Source of the DNA: the human T2T-CHM13v2.0 reference genome, Homo sapiens
DNA length: 64,000 nucleotides
Strand: one strand, 5' to 3'
Assembly: GCF_009914755.1 (NCBI RefSeq)
Contig: NC_060926.1
Shown here piece by piece: positions 39,866 through 55,839 of the stretch (positions are counted from its first letter, which is position 1; each line of letters begins with the position of its first letter). The notes beneath the pieces are model-generated. The model made no database searches and was not told the origin of the DNA. It was given only the letters and a program-made list of their open reading frames with translations. A program made the translations under genes and the position numbers.

Positions 39866-40443
39866 TTAAAACAAATACATGGGTTATGGGTTAACACATA
39901 TAGATAAACAGGAAAAATGAACAAAACATATAAAACACTTAACATGTTAGTTCATTTTATTATCATTATTGATAATATTCTTGCCACTATCATTTTCATT
40001 ATTATCATTTTTCTTTTAAAGTCCTGTCGACTCTTTGTGGTCCAGATAAATTTTTTTTCCCCTGTGAGCCATTTCCAGCTCTCTCCAGTCACAAGAAAAA
40101 ATTGCCTCCTGTTCTATGCAACCTTGGCACTTAGTACCTCTTGTACATCAATTCTCACAGTAATATAATCGCCTCCTTTTATACATAACCTTTCTTATTT
40201 AATTGTTCTGTACCAATTCTGTTGGGTATTTTGGGGGCAAATAAATATTTCCAGATTATATAATGTTGGATAATCAGGAGCCATTCTGGATCTGTGGAAA
40301 TGATATATCTTCTCCAGAGACTATGGACTTTGTGTTGAATGTAGAACTTGTGTAAGACCATGGAGATATTTCTTTAGGGAGGCAGGGAAGAGGTGTTCTA
40401 TATTTAAAACAGGCGAAGATTGTTAGATTGTTAAAGGCAGCAC

Positions 40444-40955
40444 TGTCGCAGACACAGCTAATTGCCTAATCAATAACGATTCTACTTTTATGTCTCCAGT
40501 AATGCCCAAATGTTGGCAGAGGACATTGCCTCCTTGCATATGAATGCTTTCATTGGTCCTAGGAACTAGACATGGCCATAATATGACTGAGTTTTATCCA
40601 ATGAGTTTTAAGAAGAGGTGTTTTGCAGGCCTATCAAGAGGGCTTTTTAAAAGAAAAGAATGAGATCTTCTCTTCCTTCCTATTACCTGGAATTTGGATA
40701 TAAAAGCTGGATCTTCAGCATCACTTGTACCCTGTGAGGTTACCTTGAGGATAGAAGCCAAACATTAAGATGGTAAAGCAGCAAGATAGAAAGATATCTT
40801 GAAGGCAATAGAGTCATATGCCAACCCTGGACTGCCTCTGCCAAGACAGATTTTATGCCAAGACAGATTTTATGTGAGCAAAAAGTAAATATTTATCTTG
40901 TTAACCAACTTTTCCATACCATGGAAATAAACCAAACCTAATGCCATTGATATAC
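40444..40955 (+). mobile_element. Old MLT1 (J-like) LTR
   Basis: atgactgagttttatccaatgag...gaggatagaagccaaac...aagatggtaaagcagcaagatagaaag...ccaaccctggactgcct. Confidence 0.7.
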
Positions 40956-41501
40956 TTGTCTTCCAAAGCCAAGTTCAAGTCCTAACACTTCCTTGAACCC
41001 TTCCCTGAGCACACAGATTAGCAGAACTGATTTTCTTCTAAATTGTAGAACCATTGTCATTCAAATCTTTCTTTTGACACATAAAAAGGCTCATTGTTTA
41101 TGTTAGACACTTTCATGTATGATTCTTTTCCTCGTTACATGCTAATCTCCAAGCGTTCTAAGCCTGTCTTTTATAACATGGAATCCTCTATGTAGTCTGA
41201 TACTGGGCTCAAATAAAACCAATGGTAGTTACTGGTCTTCAAAATAATAATTAAAAAAAACTGTGTGTTTTACAAATTATTAGTAAAAATCACAAATAAA
41301 AAGGGCATTTAAAATATTTTATAAAATATTCTATAATTCTACAATAATTCTCTGTAGGAGTGTGTGTGTGTGTGAGCATATATACATACAAAGTACTTTC
41401 AGTTGTATTCTCTGTGTGAGTGGATGTGTGTGTAGATGAGTGTGTGTGTTCATTATGTATATTGCATATGTATATATTTGTAAATATATCACACGCAAAT
41501 A

Positions 41502-41820
41502 TAGTTGGCCCTATGTATCCATGGGTTTCACATCTAAGGATTCAAACCATCTCACATCTAAAAGATTTTGGAGAAAAACAATAAAACAACAATACAACAA
41601 TAAAAATAATATAAATTCAAAACCAATGTAGCATAACAACTATCTACCTAGCTCTTACATTTTATTAGGTATTATAATTATCTGGAGATAATTTAAAGTA
41701 TACAAGAGGCTGTGCATAGGTTATATACAAATACTATGTCATTTTATGTAAGGGACTTGAGAATCGGTAGATTGTTATCCATGGGGGTCCCGTACCAACC
41801 CTCCAAAGTGGGAGAGACTC
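41502..41820 (-). mobile_element. MER2
   Basis: agttggccctatgtatccatgggtttcacatc...taggtattataattatctggagataatttaaagtatac...agggacttgag. Confidence 0.85.
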
Positions 41821-43856
41821 TAAGTATCAAGTTTCATTTCCTCTTTAGCACTTAGCATTATATTGTAAACCAGTATTTTTCAAGATTTTTTAAAATATCA
41901 CCCCTTTAAGCATTTCTCAATAGTTTTTTAAAAAATCATATTGTTAAAAAGGCAGTATGAATTTTAATATCATAGGTGTGCCATTTATCTTTTTATGTAC
42001 TATATGTATATCTATGCTTTACACATAAAAAGATTAAGACTTTTGGCAGTCCTCCAAAACCAATTTTTCACCCCCTTGGGGATGATGAAATATTGCTCAT
42101 GTTGGAATGCATGCTGTAAACACACAGCTTCTCGTTAAATATTCTAAATATTTTAATGTAAACAAATCTGCAGCATATTTAATTTCTGAAACATATGTTT
42201 AGCATGAATGTAACATCATAACATAAAAAGCATTCTCTACTGCTGAGCATGTACATAAGAAATAGTGCTACATTTCTTATGCATGCAAGGAAAGTATACT
42301 TTCCAATAGGTAAGAAGGGATACAGGCAAGTTCAAGCCCGATAATATTTTACATAAAATATATACTAAACATGATAAGGCTGAGAAAGATATCTTAAAGA
42401 TCAAAATGCATTTAAATACACTAATAAAAATAAATACTGGATTGTATCCATGTACACATACTTCAATACACCTCTGGTTACTTCTTTTCTTAACATCTAC
42501 AGTTGAAATTGGTAATTCAACAATGAAACAAAGTACCTAATATCATTAACATATTGATAGGTTTTACCAAAATAATATATAATAGTGTAAATTTAATTTC
42601 CATGAGCCAAAAATCATACATCTGTTAAAACTAAAAATAAAAATACAATTAAAATTAATGCATATGATACATTGAGGAGAGGCGATGTTTCATTTTGGTA
42701 ATGCACATTTTGTGAGACTGAATTCTTTTCATGTGTTTATATCTGGAATGAATTGTTGGTTCTTGATCTCAAAATCAGACATGTAGAAATTCCAAAAAAT
42801 ACAAATACCAAGTCAAGTGCCATGATATCAATAAGATAAATGTGAATTAATTTTTTATAACATAAATGACTAACAAGAACAATAAAATAATTATAGGAAA
42901 ATTCTAATGTTTGGATAAAAATTTCTAGAATTACAAGTATCACTTTAAGCTTGATTAATTTTATCTGCTTATGGTCCTCTTTAAAGTGCTGCTTTAGCAT
43001 TTTCCTCATTTTTGTCTAAATTACTTATGCTTTTAAAATTTAAAATAACAAATATATTCTAACTGAATTGTCAACCAGTAAGGCCATGGGAATTTTAAAG
43101 AGACAGGGAAGATATAAACAGTATTAATTACTCTTCATTTAGTCTCCTATATAAAGCACAAAAACGAAGTCTAGCTTTGTTTATACTTGATTTTAATCCC
43201 CATGACTAACGTTTTAAATTTGCATGATACAATTCCCATTTTACAGAGAAGGAACTATGATTCCATAAATACACAGAATAGTTGACAGAAGTCAGATAAC
43301 CAAGAACTGCCAAAGCCCTGACCCAAAGCCTGGCCTGTGTGGCTCCAGAGGAAGTGTGTTCTTTGCGCTACTGTCTGGAGACTGTCAACCTATCAGCAAT
43401 TGAGTGACATATACACACATGAGCACACATGTCAAAGAAGCATGATGAGTGAACAAATTCTTCCAAAAAAAAAAAAAAACCCTTAGGACAATCATATTAA
43501 TTTGTTTTTACAAACTAAATCATAAAACTCGGAAACCAAAAGTGACTCAAGTGATAATACAACTTTACCTTCATTTTATAGAGAAGGGGAAGTAACTAGC
43601 AAGAAGAGTATTTGCCAAAGTTGATACAAACACTGAATAACAATGCCCAGATTAGAATCTAATTCCTCAGACTCTGTAAGTCGTGCTTTATTTCATATCA
43701 TTTGATACTTCCATCTAATATTACACTGGGTTCCAAAAATGCCCTTGGAGACTGGAAAACTTAGAGTGGTTTGTGCCATGTGAAATGGCCTCTGTCTGCT
43801 TTCTTTACTTATTTATTTATTTGCTCTTTTTCTCACAGAGATTTTATTTTTCTTAA

Positions 43857-44036
43857 GACTGTTGTGGGGTGGGGGGAGGGTGGAGGGATAGCATTGGGAG
43901 ATATACTTAATGCTAGATGACGAGTTAGTGGGTGCAGCGCACCAGCATGGCACATGTATACATGTGTAACTAACCTGCACATTGTGCACATGTACCCTAA
44001 AACTTAAAGTATAATAATAATAAATTAAAAAAAAAA
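43857..44036 (+). mobile_element. Young L1 (L1PA2-like) 3'-terminal 180-bp insertion
   Basis: gcattgggagatatac, gctagatgacgagttagtg and gcgcaccagc diagnostics; A-tail; TSD (t)aagactg at 43854-43861 and 44039-44046. Confidence 0.92.
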
Positions 44037-44573
44037 GATAAGACTGCCAGGGATCACTTTTTCTACTTTACGTGTAACCCTTCCACTGAGACATATTTAA
44101 TGCTACAAACTATAATCTGCTATAAACTGAAAGCAGGTAGGTCCCTGGCATTGTTAGAATTCTCTGTAAATTGGGACCAAATAGACATTGCTTAATGGCC
44201 CAAGGAACATTATGATGAGGCAGATGCGCTAAATTTTGACTCTTACCTATCTCTTACAACTTTATTTTACAAATTCTTGGCTTAATACTGTGCTCTACTA
44301 TAGTAGAGGGGATCCAGGGAAGCAGCCTTCAAATAAGCAATGCCTCATTCCAAAAATAGCTTGAGATATTATTTCAAACAATAGAAAAGGATAATGTTCA
44401 GAGATGATTTGGTTGTAAGGAAAATTTATGTCATCTCTTTAGCCCTAGAACTTATGCTAAACTTACTGGCTAAAACTTTAAAACTAAATTTGGTATAAGA
44501 TTCCACAATTTACAGGTAATTTATGCCGCTCTGCTAATCCTCCAGCATGTTAAATTTAGAAATAAATCTTTGA

Positions 44574-44921
<348 letters not shown>

Positions 44922-45478
44922 TAATTTTTTGAGAAATAATTTTAATAAAGTAAAAATATTTTGTCTTGATTACTAGAATGGTGTTTTGAAAATTTCATAA
45001 ACAGGTTCACTTTCAGATTTTTTATATCAATGTTATATAAATGAATTAATACCCATCACTTAATCCATCAGTTATTAAATTTTTGTTAAGTGCCCAGATG
45101 TGTCTAACACCTTGATAAATTGAGAATATATAAATATTAATGGGACATGTTTGTCTTTGTGCAATATCTCATTTTCTCTTCAGTTGGCCCTATGATCTAG
45201 GAAGTGCCTTTATTTTTATTAGTATAATACAGATAAAGCAACCGTGTCTAGACACATTAATAATGTAAGTGATTTGCCAAAATCCCTACACTACAGAACT
45301 TGATATGATTCCTATTATTTCTAATTCCCAATATAGGCTTTGTTTCTACTATATTAGAAGTTAACATTCCTCAGCATCCTTTCAGCTGTAATTCTCAAAC
45401 TGGATTTCTGTATTTCAGAAAGCACTCAGAATTCCTGAGCAACAAGAAACCAACAGATTATTTTTGGCCAAAGTGTGA

Positions 45479-45792
<314 letters not shown>

Positions 45793-45799
45793 GATTTTG

Positions 45800-46000
45800 T
45801 AGATCTTTCTATGATGATGGAACTGTTCTATATCTGCACTGTCTAATGCATTATCCACTAGCCACATATGACTATTGAGCACTTGAAATGTGGCTAATTC
45901 ACCCAAGCAAGTGAACTATTAATTGCATTTAATTTTAATTATTTTGTTTGTAAATTTAAGTAGCTACATGTGGGTAATGGACCCCTTAAGAGGCAGCACA
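45800..46000 (+). mobile_element. MER3
   Basis: tttctatgatgatggaactgttctatatctgcactgtc...ccactagccacatatgactattgagcacttgaaatgtggcta. Confidence 0.85.
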
Positions 46001-48732
46001 ATATAAGCATCAGTTTTAGTAAAGAATCATAGAAGAACGAAGAAAGTACCTACTTTTATACAAAACAATTGGATAAATTACAGCACAGGCTAAGCACATT
46101 GAATTAATGTTCAACTTTAAAGCCAGAACGTCAAAGCAGGTTCTTTCTTGCTGCTGCTTTAACTAGTCCCCAGGTTCATGAGGACTCTCCTTTGACCTTT
46201 AAGGTAGTTGGATGAAAATGTTTAAGGAAAGTTGGATAAAATGAGAATTAGATTTCCCTATATATAAATTTGATCTCTTACTCTTCTTAATTAACAGCAA
46301 GTATATTCAGAAATCATAGAATTATAGATTCATTGGGTCAAAATAAGTGGGGCAAGATTAAAACTTGGACATTATCAAGTTCAGTGGCCTTATATTTTAG
46401 AAGTAGAATGCCAAGCTCAGAGAAGTTATTGACTTTCTCAAGTCGATGCAGCTAGTAAGTTTCAAAGTCAAGTTGAGAGGTCAGGTTTCCAAGCTCTCAA
46501 ACCAGAACTTTTTAGATTATTCCCAGCACTTTACTGCTTGTCACACCCAGTTAGGCTTATCCTCAATAATACTTTCAAAAAAATAAAAGGCACACTCATC
46601 CGTCGTCTTTCTTTTATATGTTATGGCAGCTGAGTACAGCAATGCGGAACCTTTAAAATGTGAAATGTTTTAAGTATTCTCCCTACCACCAATAAAAAGA
46701 ATCAATAGTGTATGTAGATCCCCCAACCCATGAGTGGGACTTCCTTGCTATAAGCCCACTTCCACTTCCATTTTTACTGTGGGAAGTTCAGAAGTCTCAT
46801 TAGAACTCAGAGAACACTTCTGAAATTTCTGCACAGACTGTTTTACAGCATCTTTGCAGACATTAGGAAATAAAAGTGATCATTAGCAGATGTGATTTAG
46901 CTACTTTAGAAACGGGAGCCATGTTGTTTATGTTGCTTACTTGATGGGCATGTCTCGAGGCCATTGCCTTGAATTTCTGAGATAATATTTCTAATAAAGA
47001 TTACCATAGTATCTGTCCCTAAAACATGAGACCTAAAGTTAAGGGTGCATTTCTCTGTAAAAGGGCATGTTTTTAAAAATGAAACTATCACAAACACAGA
47101 TAACTTAATGTTCATTTCACAGGAAAGACAGCATTAACACCTTGTTCCACCCCATCTTATTTCCTTTCAAAATATCAAAATGTCTTTGTATACAAGAAGG
47201 CAGGAAATGATCTAGTACCATATTCACAGGCTAATTGTTCCTTTGGCTTCTTTTATCAACCTAGGTACCAGTTTTTATATTCCATGGCTATTAGGATAAA
47301 ATTAAATATTACCCTTTGTTCCACTTCCAACCTAGTTCTTTATTTTGGCAAAGCAAAATATTCAAAATACTCATTGGTATCTAAGCTAATACACAGGATA
47401 GGGCTGTCAAATCAGGCTCAAACATATCAGAGATTTTATCTGGGGTCAAACTTTACCAATAATCCCAGGGATACAGTCAATAAAGAGGCTCAGGCACAGA
47501 AGGCAGATGCCCGGGACATAAGAAAACCTCCCTTGATGTGTCTTCCCATGTTAGACCTACACTGTCTGGTCAAGGATAAGAGAGAGAATCTCCAGGTGAG
47601 GATTTAAAGGTCATTATTGAACACAATGAGAAGCATTTGTGTTATGATACATCTTCCATTTTATACTTCAGAAAGTTGTATCACTTATGTTACTTTTCCC
47701 AGGGAGTCAGGCCTCATAGTTTTTTGTTTTGTGTTGTGTTGTTTTGTTTTGCACTATTAGTAAATCTTTGGTAAGGGAAAACCTTGCTAAGTGCACTCAC
47801 TAGATGAAGCCTCTACTATCAAGCCAATGTTGTCTCTTTATCCAGAGATAAAGAGTGGTCCAGTTGACAAGAAGAGTAGACCAGGTCACCTGTCTTCTTT
47901 CTCTTCACCTACTCCAGGGAACTAAAGCAAGTGAATGGCTCACAGGTTAACTCTTTTAACTCCCTCCTGCCGTGGCTGAGAAAAGCAAGGTACATGGAAT
48001 ACTATAACGAATATTTTTACTCAGAGCTCTATGTCAGAATCACCTACACATTTAAAAAATATCACCTATCAGTACCTAATAGCCAGACATTATAATTAGA
48101 TGGGTCTCCAATGGGACCAGTTCTTTTTTTTTTAATGTGACATTTTAAAACTACCATAAAATCTAGGAAATAAATCAGCACTCACCCATCTTTTGACCCC
48201 AGTCTAATCTTAATGTATTCTCAGTTGACCAAAATCATTATGAATCTCGCCTTGACAGACACTGTGCTCTTGGAAAACTATCTGAGTACGAAAGTGGTCA
48301 CTTTGCTCCAGTACTTCAAATGCATCACAAAGTCAAGCGTAAATCCAAGGACAAATTCCAAGGCCTGTGTTGTACAAAGACACTGTTAATACTGTCTAAT
48401 GATGCACTTATTTTATTCCAGGTAGACAGAAAATATAGACTTGAGCTTGAGCCCCTAGGATTTGAGAATGCGTTCCAAGAGTCACAAAGATGTGCCGAAA
48501 AGATGGACTGTGTACAGAAGAATGGAGAGGTGAGAAGTCAGCTAAGCAAGGAATAATCTTGTCCACCCTTCATTCTGATTAAATCAACAAACAGTCACAG
48601 TTTGATCAATTTGTTTATTGGGCATTCATATCAGAATGTATTTAAGCAATATCTAACTATGTCAGGACTAAAGTACTTGGTATGAAACAGGGCCCATTTT
48701 AGATTACTTTAAACACTAACTATGTGCATCTC

Positions 48733-49210
48733 CTTTACTAGTCAGGGTTCCCCAAAGAAATAAAAGCAATAGGCTTTTTCATATAAATACATAAACAACT
48801 GTCTGTGTATATATATACGAGAGAGAGAGAGAGAGGGAAGGAGGGAGAGAGGGAGAGAAAGAAGAGGGAGAAATGGAGAGAGAAAAAGAAACAGGGGCTG
48901 CTAAGTTTGAAATTTGCAGGGCTGCTAGCAGCCTAGGAATTCCGACAGGAGTTGATATTGTAGTCATAATACTGGAGGCAGTCTGGAGACAGAGTTTATT
49001 ACTCTTTGAGGACTGCAATCCTTTCTCTGAAGGTCTCCAACAGATTGGATGAGGCTCACCCACACTGTCCAGAGTAATCCACTTTACTCAAAGTCTACTG
49101 ATTTGTTATTTACATCTTAAAAAGACTTTCACAACAACACCTAGACTAGTGTTTGACCAAGCACTTGGTATCATGGCGTAGGCAAGTTGACACATAAAAC
49201 TAGCCATCCC
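48733..49210 (-). mobile_element. MLT2D-like ERVL LTR with internal (GA)n
   Basis: tagtcagggttcccca...gattggatgaggctcacccacac...tttactcaaagtctactgattt...ctagactagtgtttgacc...caagttgacacataaaa. Confidence 0.88.
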
Positions 49211-49379
49211 GTCTCTTTTAATCCCTCCAACAACCCCTTGTAGTTAGTATTATAATGGTATAGTTCCTAACTAAAAATTTAGCAATTGAGGTATGCAAGT
49301 TACTATAAAGTTATGCAAGTTACTATAAAGTTATGCACGGTGTATTCACGAGGTTCCATGGGTTCCTACTTCTGCATAG

Positions 49380-50110
49380 GCTGTCAAGAGGCTTTACAGG
49401 TGAGGTGGCATTAATAAAGTCCTAAATGATTATAAGGAATTAAGCAGTAAGAGAGATGGAGGCCGCATACTTTAGCTATTAAAAAAAAAAACCCTGCTTC
49501 TGAGTCTGATAGTGTGTGGTGTTTCTTAGAAATTTTAACAGTTATACATATTGGGATACAAGACATGTTTTGGTGAGAAGGAGGTGGGAAGAGAGAAATA
49601 AATTAGGTCAGGACGAGTTTTCTATGCCATGTTAGTAAGTTTGGTATTTTTCAAATAGGAAAAAGATTTCCTTTGAAGTCTATTTCTAAAATACGATTAT
49701 TGGAAGAAACAGTTATTTAGAAGGTGCAGCCATCTTTGTTCATCAAAGAATATCATGCTTGTAGCAACATAGAGTTTAAGATGGAGAGAGAAACCAGAGT
49801 TAGGGAATTAATTGGAAGGCTGTTGCAACATTCAACTTTTATTTTTTAATTTGAAAAATACAAAAGAGTAGAAGATGACTCTCAGTTTTCTGCCAGTGGC
49901 CTGCACATAAGGCAAATCTGCTAATGGAGATGAAGTTTACACAATGGACAGAAGTACTTTGGAGGAAAGGAAAATAAACTAACTTAGGTCATACTGAGTT
50001 CAAATTGCCTCTTGAAGATTCAGAAGACATCTACTAGAGAGGGGAATACACAGCTCTATTACTCAGGAGTGAGATCTAGGCAACAAATATAGGCTCTAAA
50101 TATGTGGCAG
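49380..50110 (-). mobile_element. L2 fragment
   Basis: gaggtggcatt...tgccatgttagtaagtttgg...ggaaggctgttgcaa...gatgactctcagttttctg...tactgagttcaaattgcct. Confidence 0.65.
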
Positions 50111-50514
50111 AAATGATAAAAGATAATCTTTTATGAAACTGTGTTATCATAATGCCACCAGAGAGTAGAGAGTTAAATCTTGTATAAAAGAGTTGGAAAA
50201 GCTAACTTAATTTACCATGGATGCACTAGGTCTGCATACCAATGTCCTGGGAGCTGCTATATCAGCTATGCTTTGTCTAGCAGGAGAATTAAGTCTTCAG
50301 TGACAGGAAAATAGGTTAATATACTCAATTCCCCCCGGTTCATTTTAACCTTATTTGCCAACATATTTGCATTCTCTTTTTATAGAAACACTAGAACAAA
50401 GTTATCTTAAAAAGAGAAGAAAAAAACCAGTAATTTCTGGGGGAAAAGAAAATATCCACTACATTATCACAGCATAAGAGGAAAAAAAAAAGAACCAAGG
50501 TATTAGAGTCAGAG

Positions 50515-50745
50515 AAATAATAGTAATTATTAGACTATACCGGGAGACTTCCATGTCCCAGACTATGAAACATGCTATGTTATATGAGCATTCTATTTCT
50601 AAACACTTTACATGGATTCAATCATTTGCTCTTCACAATAGCCACATGACAAAATGACTGTGTTTATCCCCATCTCACAGATGAGGAGGGTGAAGCACAG
50701 ATAATTTCACTCGACCAAGTTTATCTAACTAGGAATTGGTGGAAT
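50515..50745 (-). mobile_element. MIR
   Basis: cactttacatggattcaatcattt...tttatccccatctcacagatgagg. Confidence 0.7.
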
Positions 50746-52182
50746 ATTTTGCTTTATCATGAAATTTCACCAATTCCTAAAGAAGAAGCACAATTTATGG
50801 ATTAATTTTCATTATTTCTTGATTAACTTTGGAGTAATAAAATGGGAAAATGTGGTAGGAGAAGATACCAGTTGAATCCCAACTGAGTCATATTCCCACT
50901 ATGTGACAGGATTCATCACCCTATGGAGTCTCAAGGTTCTCATTTCTAAAATATATGGCAGCTTCTATGAGATGTTAGTTATAAAATGGTACATGATATT
51001 GAGGAAGTGCTCAATATACATTTATACCATATTTTTAATATTTCTTTTTAAAAAAACTCTTTGATTCAAGATTCCTGGATATATTCTGTGTACTCCATGC
51101 AGTTGTATATAAATATGCATGTACACATGTACTTCCACTTATCTAATAAAAAGGACCATTCCAGGATCTTTCTATTAATAAGATTAAAAAAGAGAGAAAA
51201 AGATATAATCCTGTAGCATTATATTTTTAACAAGACATGTGACCAAATACTCTGAAGATATTTTAAAGTACAAGAAATCTCCTGAATTATTTGAATTCAA
51301 CTTCATGGGAAATAATTTTAGATGTAAAATTTACATTGCAGATGTAAATAATAATAGCAAAAAGCACTATAAGCTGTAGTAATAACTGATAATTTTCTGA
51401 AAATTTGTGTTTATATGTGTCTGTGAAAGAGAAAATAAGAGTGTGGGGAAGAGAGAGAGAGAGAAATCATTACAAGTGTCTTTCAAGTTATTAAACTCAA
51501 GGAAATTATTCAATTTTCAACCTAATTGGTAGCATCCTGAATTGTTGAGGGAGTTTTATATTTTGTGTTTGATTCTGTACATGCCTGAACAAATTTATGA
51601 ATTGTCATTTCTATTATAAATCAAAATAAAGTTGGTCCTGTTTTATGGGAAATGAGTGCAGTGTGTGCTGTTTCTTTATGGCCTTTATATTTCTGGCTGG
51701 CCAAAAGCATCTCTTATTTCATGCCATACAGCTGTCAGCCTAGAAAGAACTGAGAAGAAGAATGACAGAATAAATGTGCATTGCATCTGGCCTTTGTGTC
51801 CTTTTGCTAGAAAAGTTGAACCTGGGTTGAAATCTCTTCTCTTTTTGTAATGAAGAGCTCAAAATGTGTCTTTTTACAACAGCAATACCCCAGACATCCT
51901 CTTTAGAGAAAAGCCATTTCTTCTAGAGTGGCTCTACCCTTGAGAGAATAAAAAAAGAGTCCAAAGAATTAGATGCTGATGAAAGTTAAAAATAAATCAG
52001 GGAAAACTTTGAAAAACTAGAGAAAAAATCCAGAAAGCACCGAACTAAGATTGAGAAACTGTTCTCCTCATTTACCTGTTTTCAAATTTAAAATATCATA
52101 AATCTGAAAAGATGAAGAGAGTTTGCCTAGTTTCATAGCTTACAAATTGATACCGGAAGCATTGTTTCACAAATGTTTTTTA

Positions 52183-54410
<2,228 letters not shown>

Positions 54411-54643
54411 AAAAATGGATTTTTTCCCAAAGAGCCCTACATTACTTCCCAATATTTAAAAATATATATAATTAAAATTTTGTGTGTGTGTATATATATA
54501 AAATTAAAATTTTACTTTGAGTAAAATAATAACATGGTATTCCATGAGATCAGTCTCCATTTTCATCCTCAGCTTGGGGCTTTGAGTCAATTTTTTTAAA
54601 ATTTTGTTTTTCTTTTCTAAACCCAGTTTGAAAAATCACCTAT

Positions 54644-55001
54644 TGTCTTAGTCTATTTCTGCTGCTGTAACAAAATATCTGGGCCTGGGTAATGTATAAA
54701 GAAAATACATTTATTTTCTCAAAATTCTGGAGGCTGAGAAATTCAGAATCAAAGTGTTGGCATGCAGTGTCTTGTGAGGACCTTCTTGCTGTTCCTCTAG
54801 AAGGAAGAAACACTGTGTCCTCAAATGGCTGAAGAGCAAGTTAGCTGAATACTGCTTCAAGCTTCTGTTATAAGGACCTTAATTCTATTCATTAAGGAGG
54901 AGCCATCATAACTTAATCATGGTGGCTTAAAGGCTCTACCTCTTAATATGATCACACTGGCAACACCTAAATTTTGGTGGGGACAAATTCAAACCATAGA
55001 A
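54644..55001 (-). mobile_element. MSTC-like MaLR LTR
   Basis: tgtcttagtctatttctgctgctgtaacaaaata...cctcttaatatgatcacactggcaacacctaaattttgg...aaaccatag. Confidence 0.82.
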
Positions 55002-55839
55002 TTCATTTAGTACAAAGTCTCTCATCAAGTTGTTATTAACACTAATATGCTGATTGAGAGAAATCTTTAGATTTCAGGAAATATTTAGATTTCAGCAATA
55101 CCTTATATAGAAATACTGGCAAAAGACTGGTCTGCCTCTGTTCTAATACCAACAAGACAATATTTAATAGCTGTGTTTCATTAGTGAAAAGTTTTAATCC
55201 TTAGAAAGCTCTGGTATTGAATTCAAATAAATTTTCACGTCACAAACTCTAAATTTTGCCTTGTGAAAAGAAAATGAATGCTTATTTTTCCAAATTTTGA
55301 AATCTTCTCAGTTCTAGAACTCTCCCTATGCTTAGTTTTCAGAATTATATCTATGTTGGTCCCACGTCTCAGAATTATATTTACTGTATTTATATATTTT
55401 TAAAAATGTCATCAGAAATATTTTTAAAATGTAATAAGAGCTGTTTTTATTTAACTTTGTTCATATAATTTTAAAGAAATTATATAGGGGTGATATAAAT
55501 ACTTAACAAATTTCTAAAGAATTTAACAGAATTTATTACATTTGAATTATTAATATTATACCTTATATTGATATATTAAAGCACTCTCACATATGTTATT
55601 TATTTTTCCTTTAATCCTTTGAAAAAAGGTAATATCTACATTTGCCAAGTTACAAAAAAAGCTGTTCAAAGCAGAAGGCAGTCAAGTCACTATTTCAGCA
55701 ATAATGATGTAGTATCAAGCCTAGAAATAGAATGTTAACTAATATTCTTTCAAGTATATCTATTCAAGATGTGTAGACCTCAGATGGCTGCTATTTAGTA
55801 TATATAACAGTTATTTAGTAAATAGCAGCTATTTGAGAA

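Noticed and set aside
43857-44036. L1HS-Ta insertion
   Set aside because: It carries GAG rather than ACA/ACG at the diagnostic 3'UTR trinucleotide.
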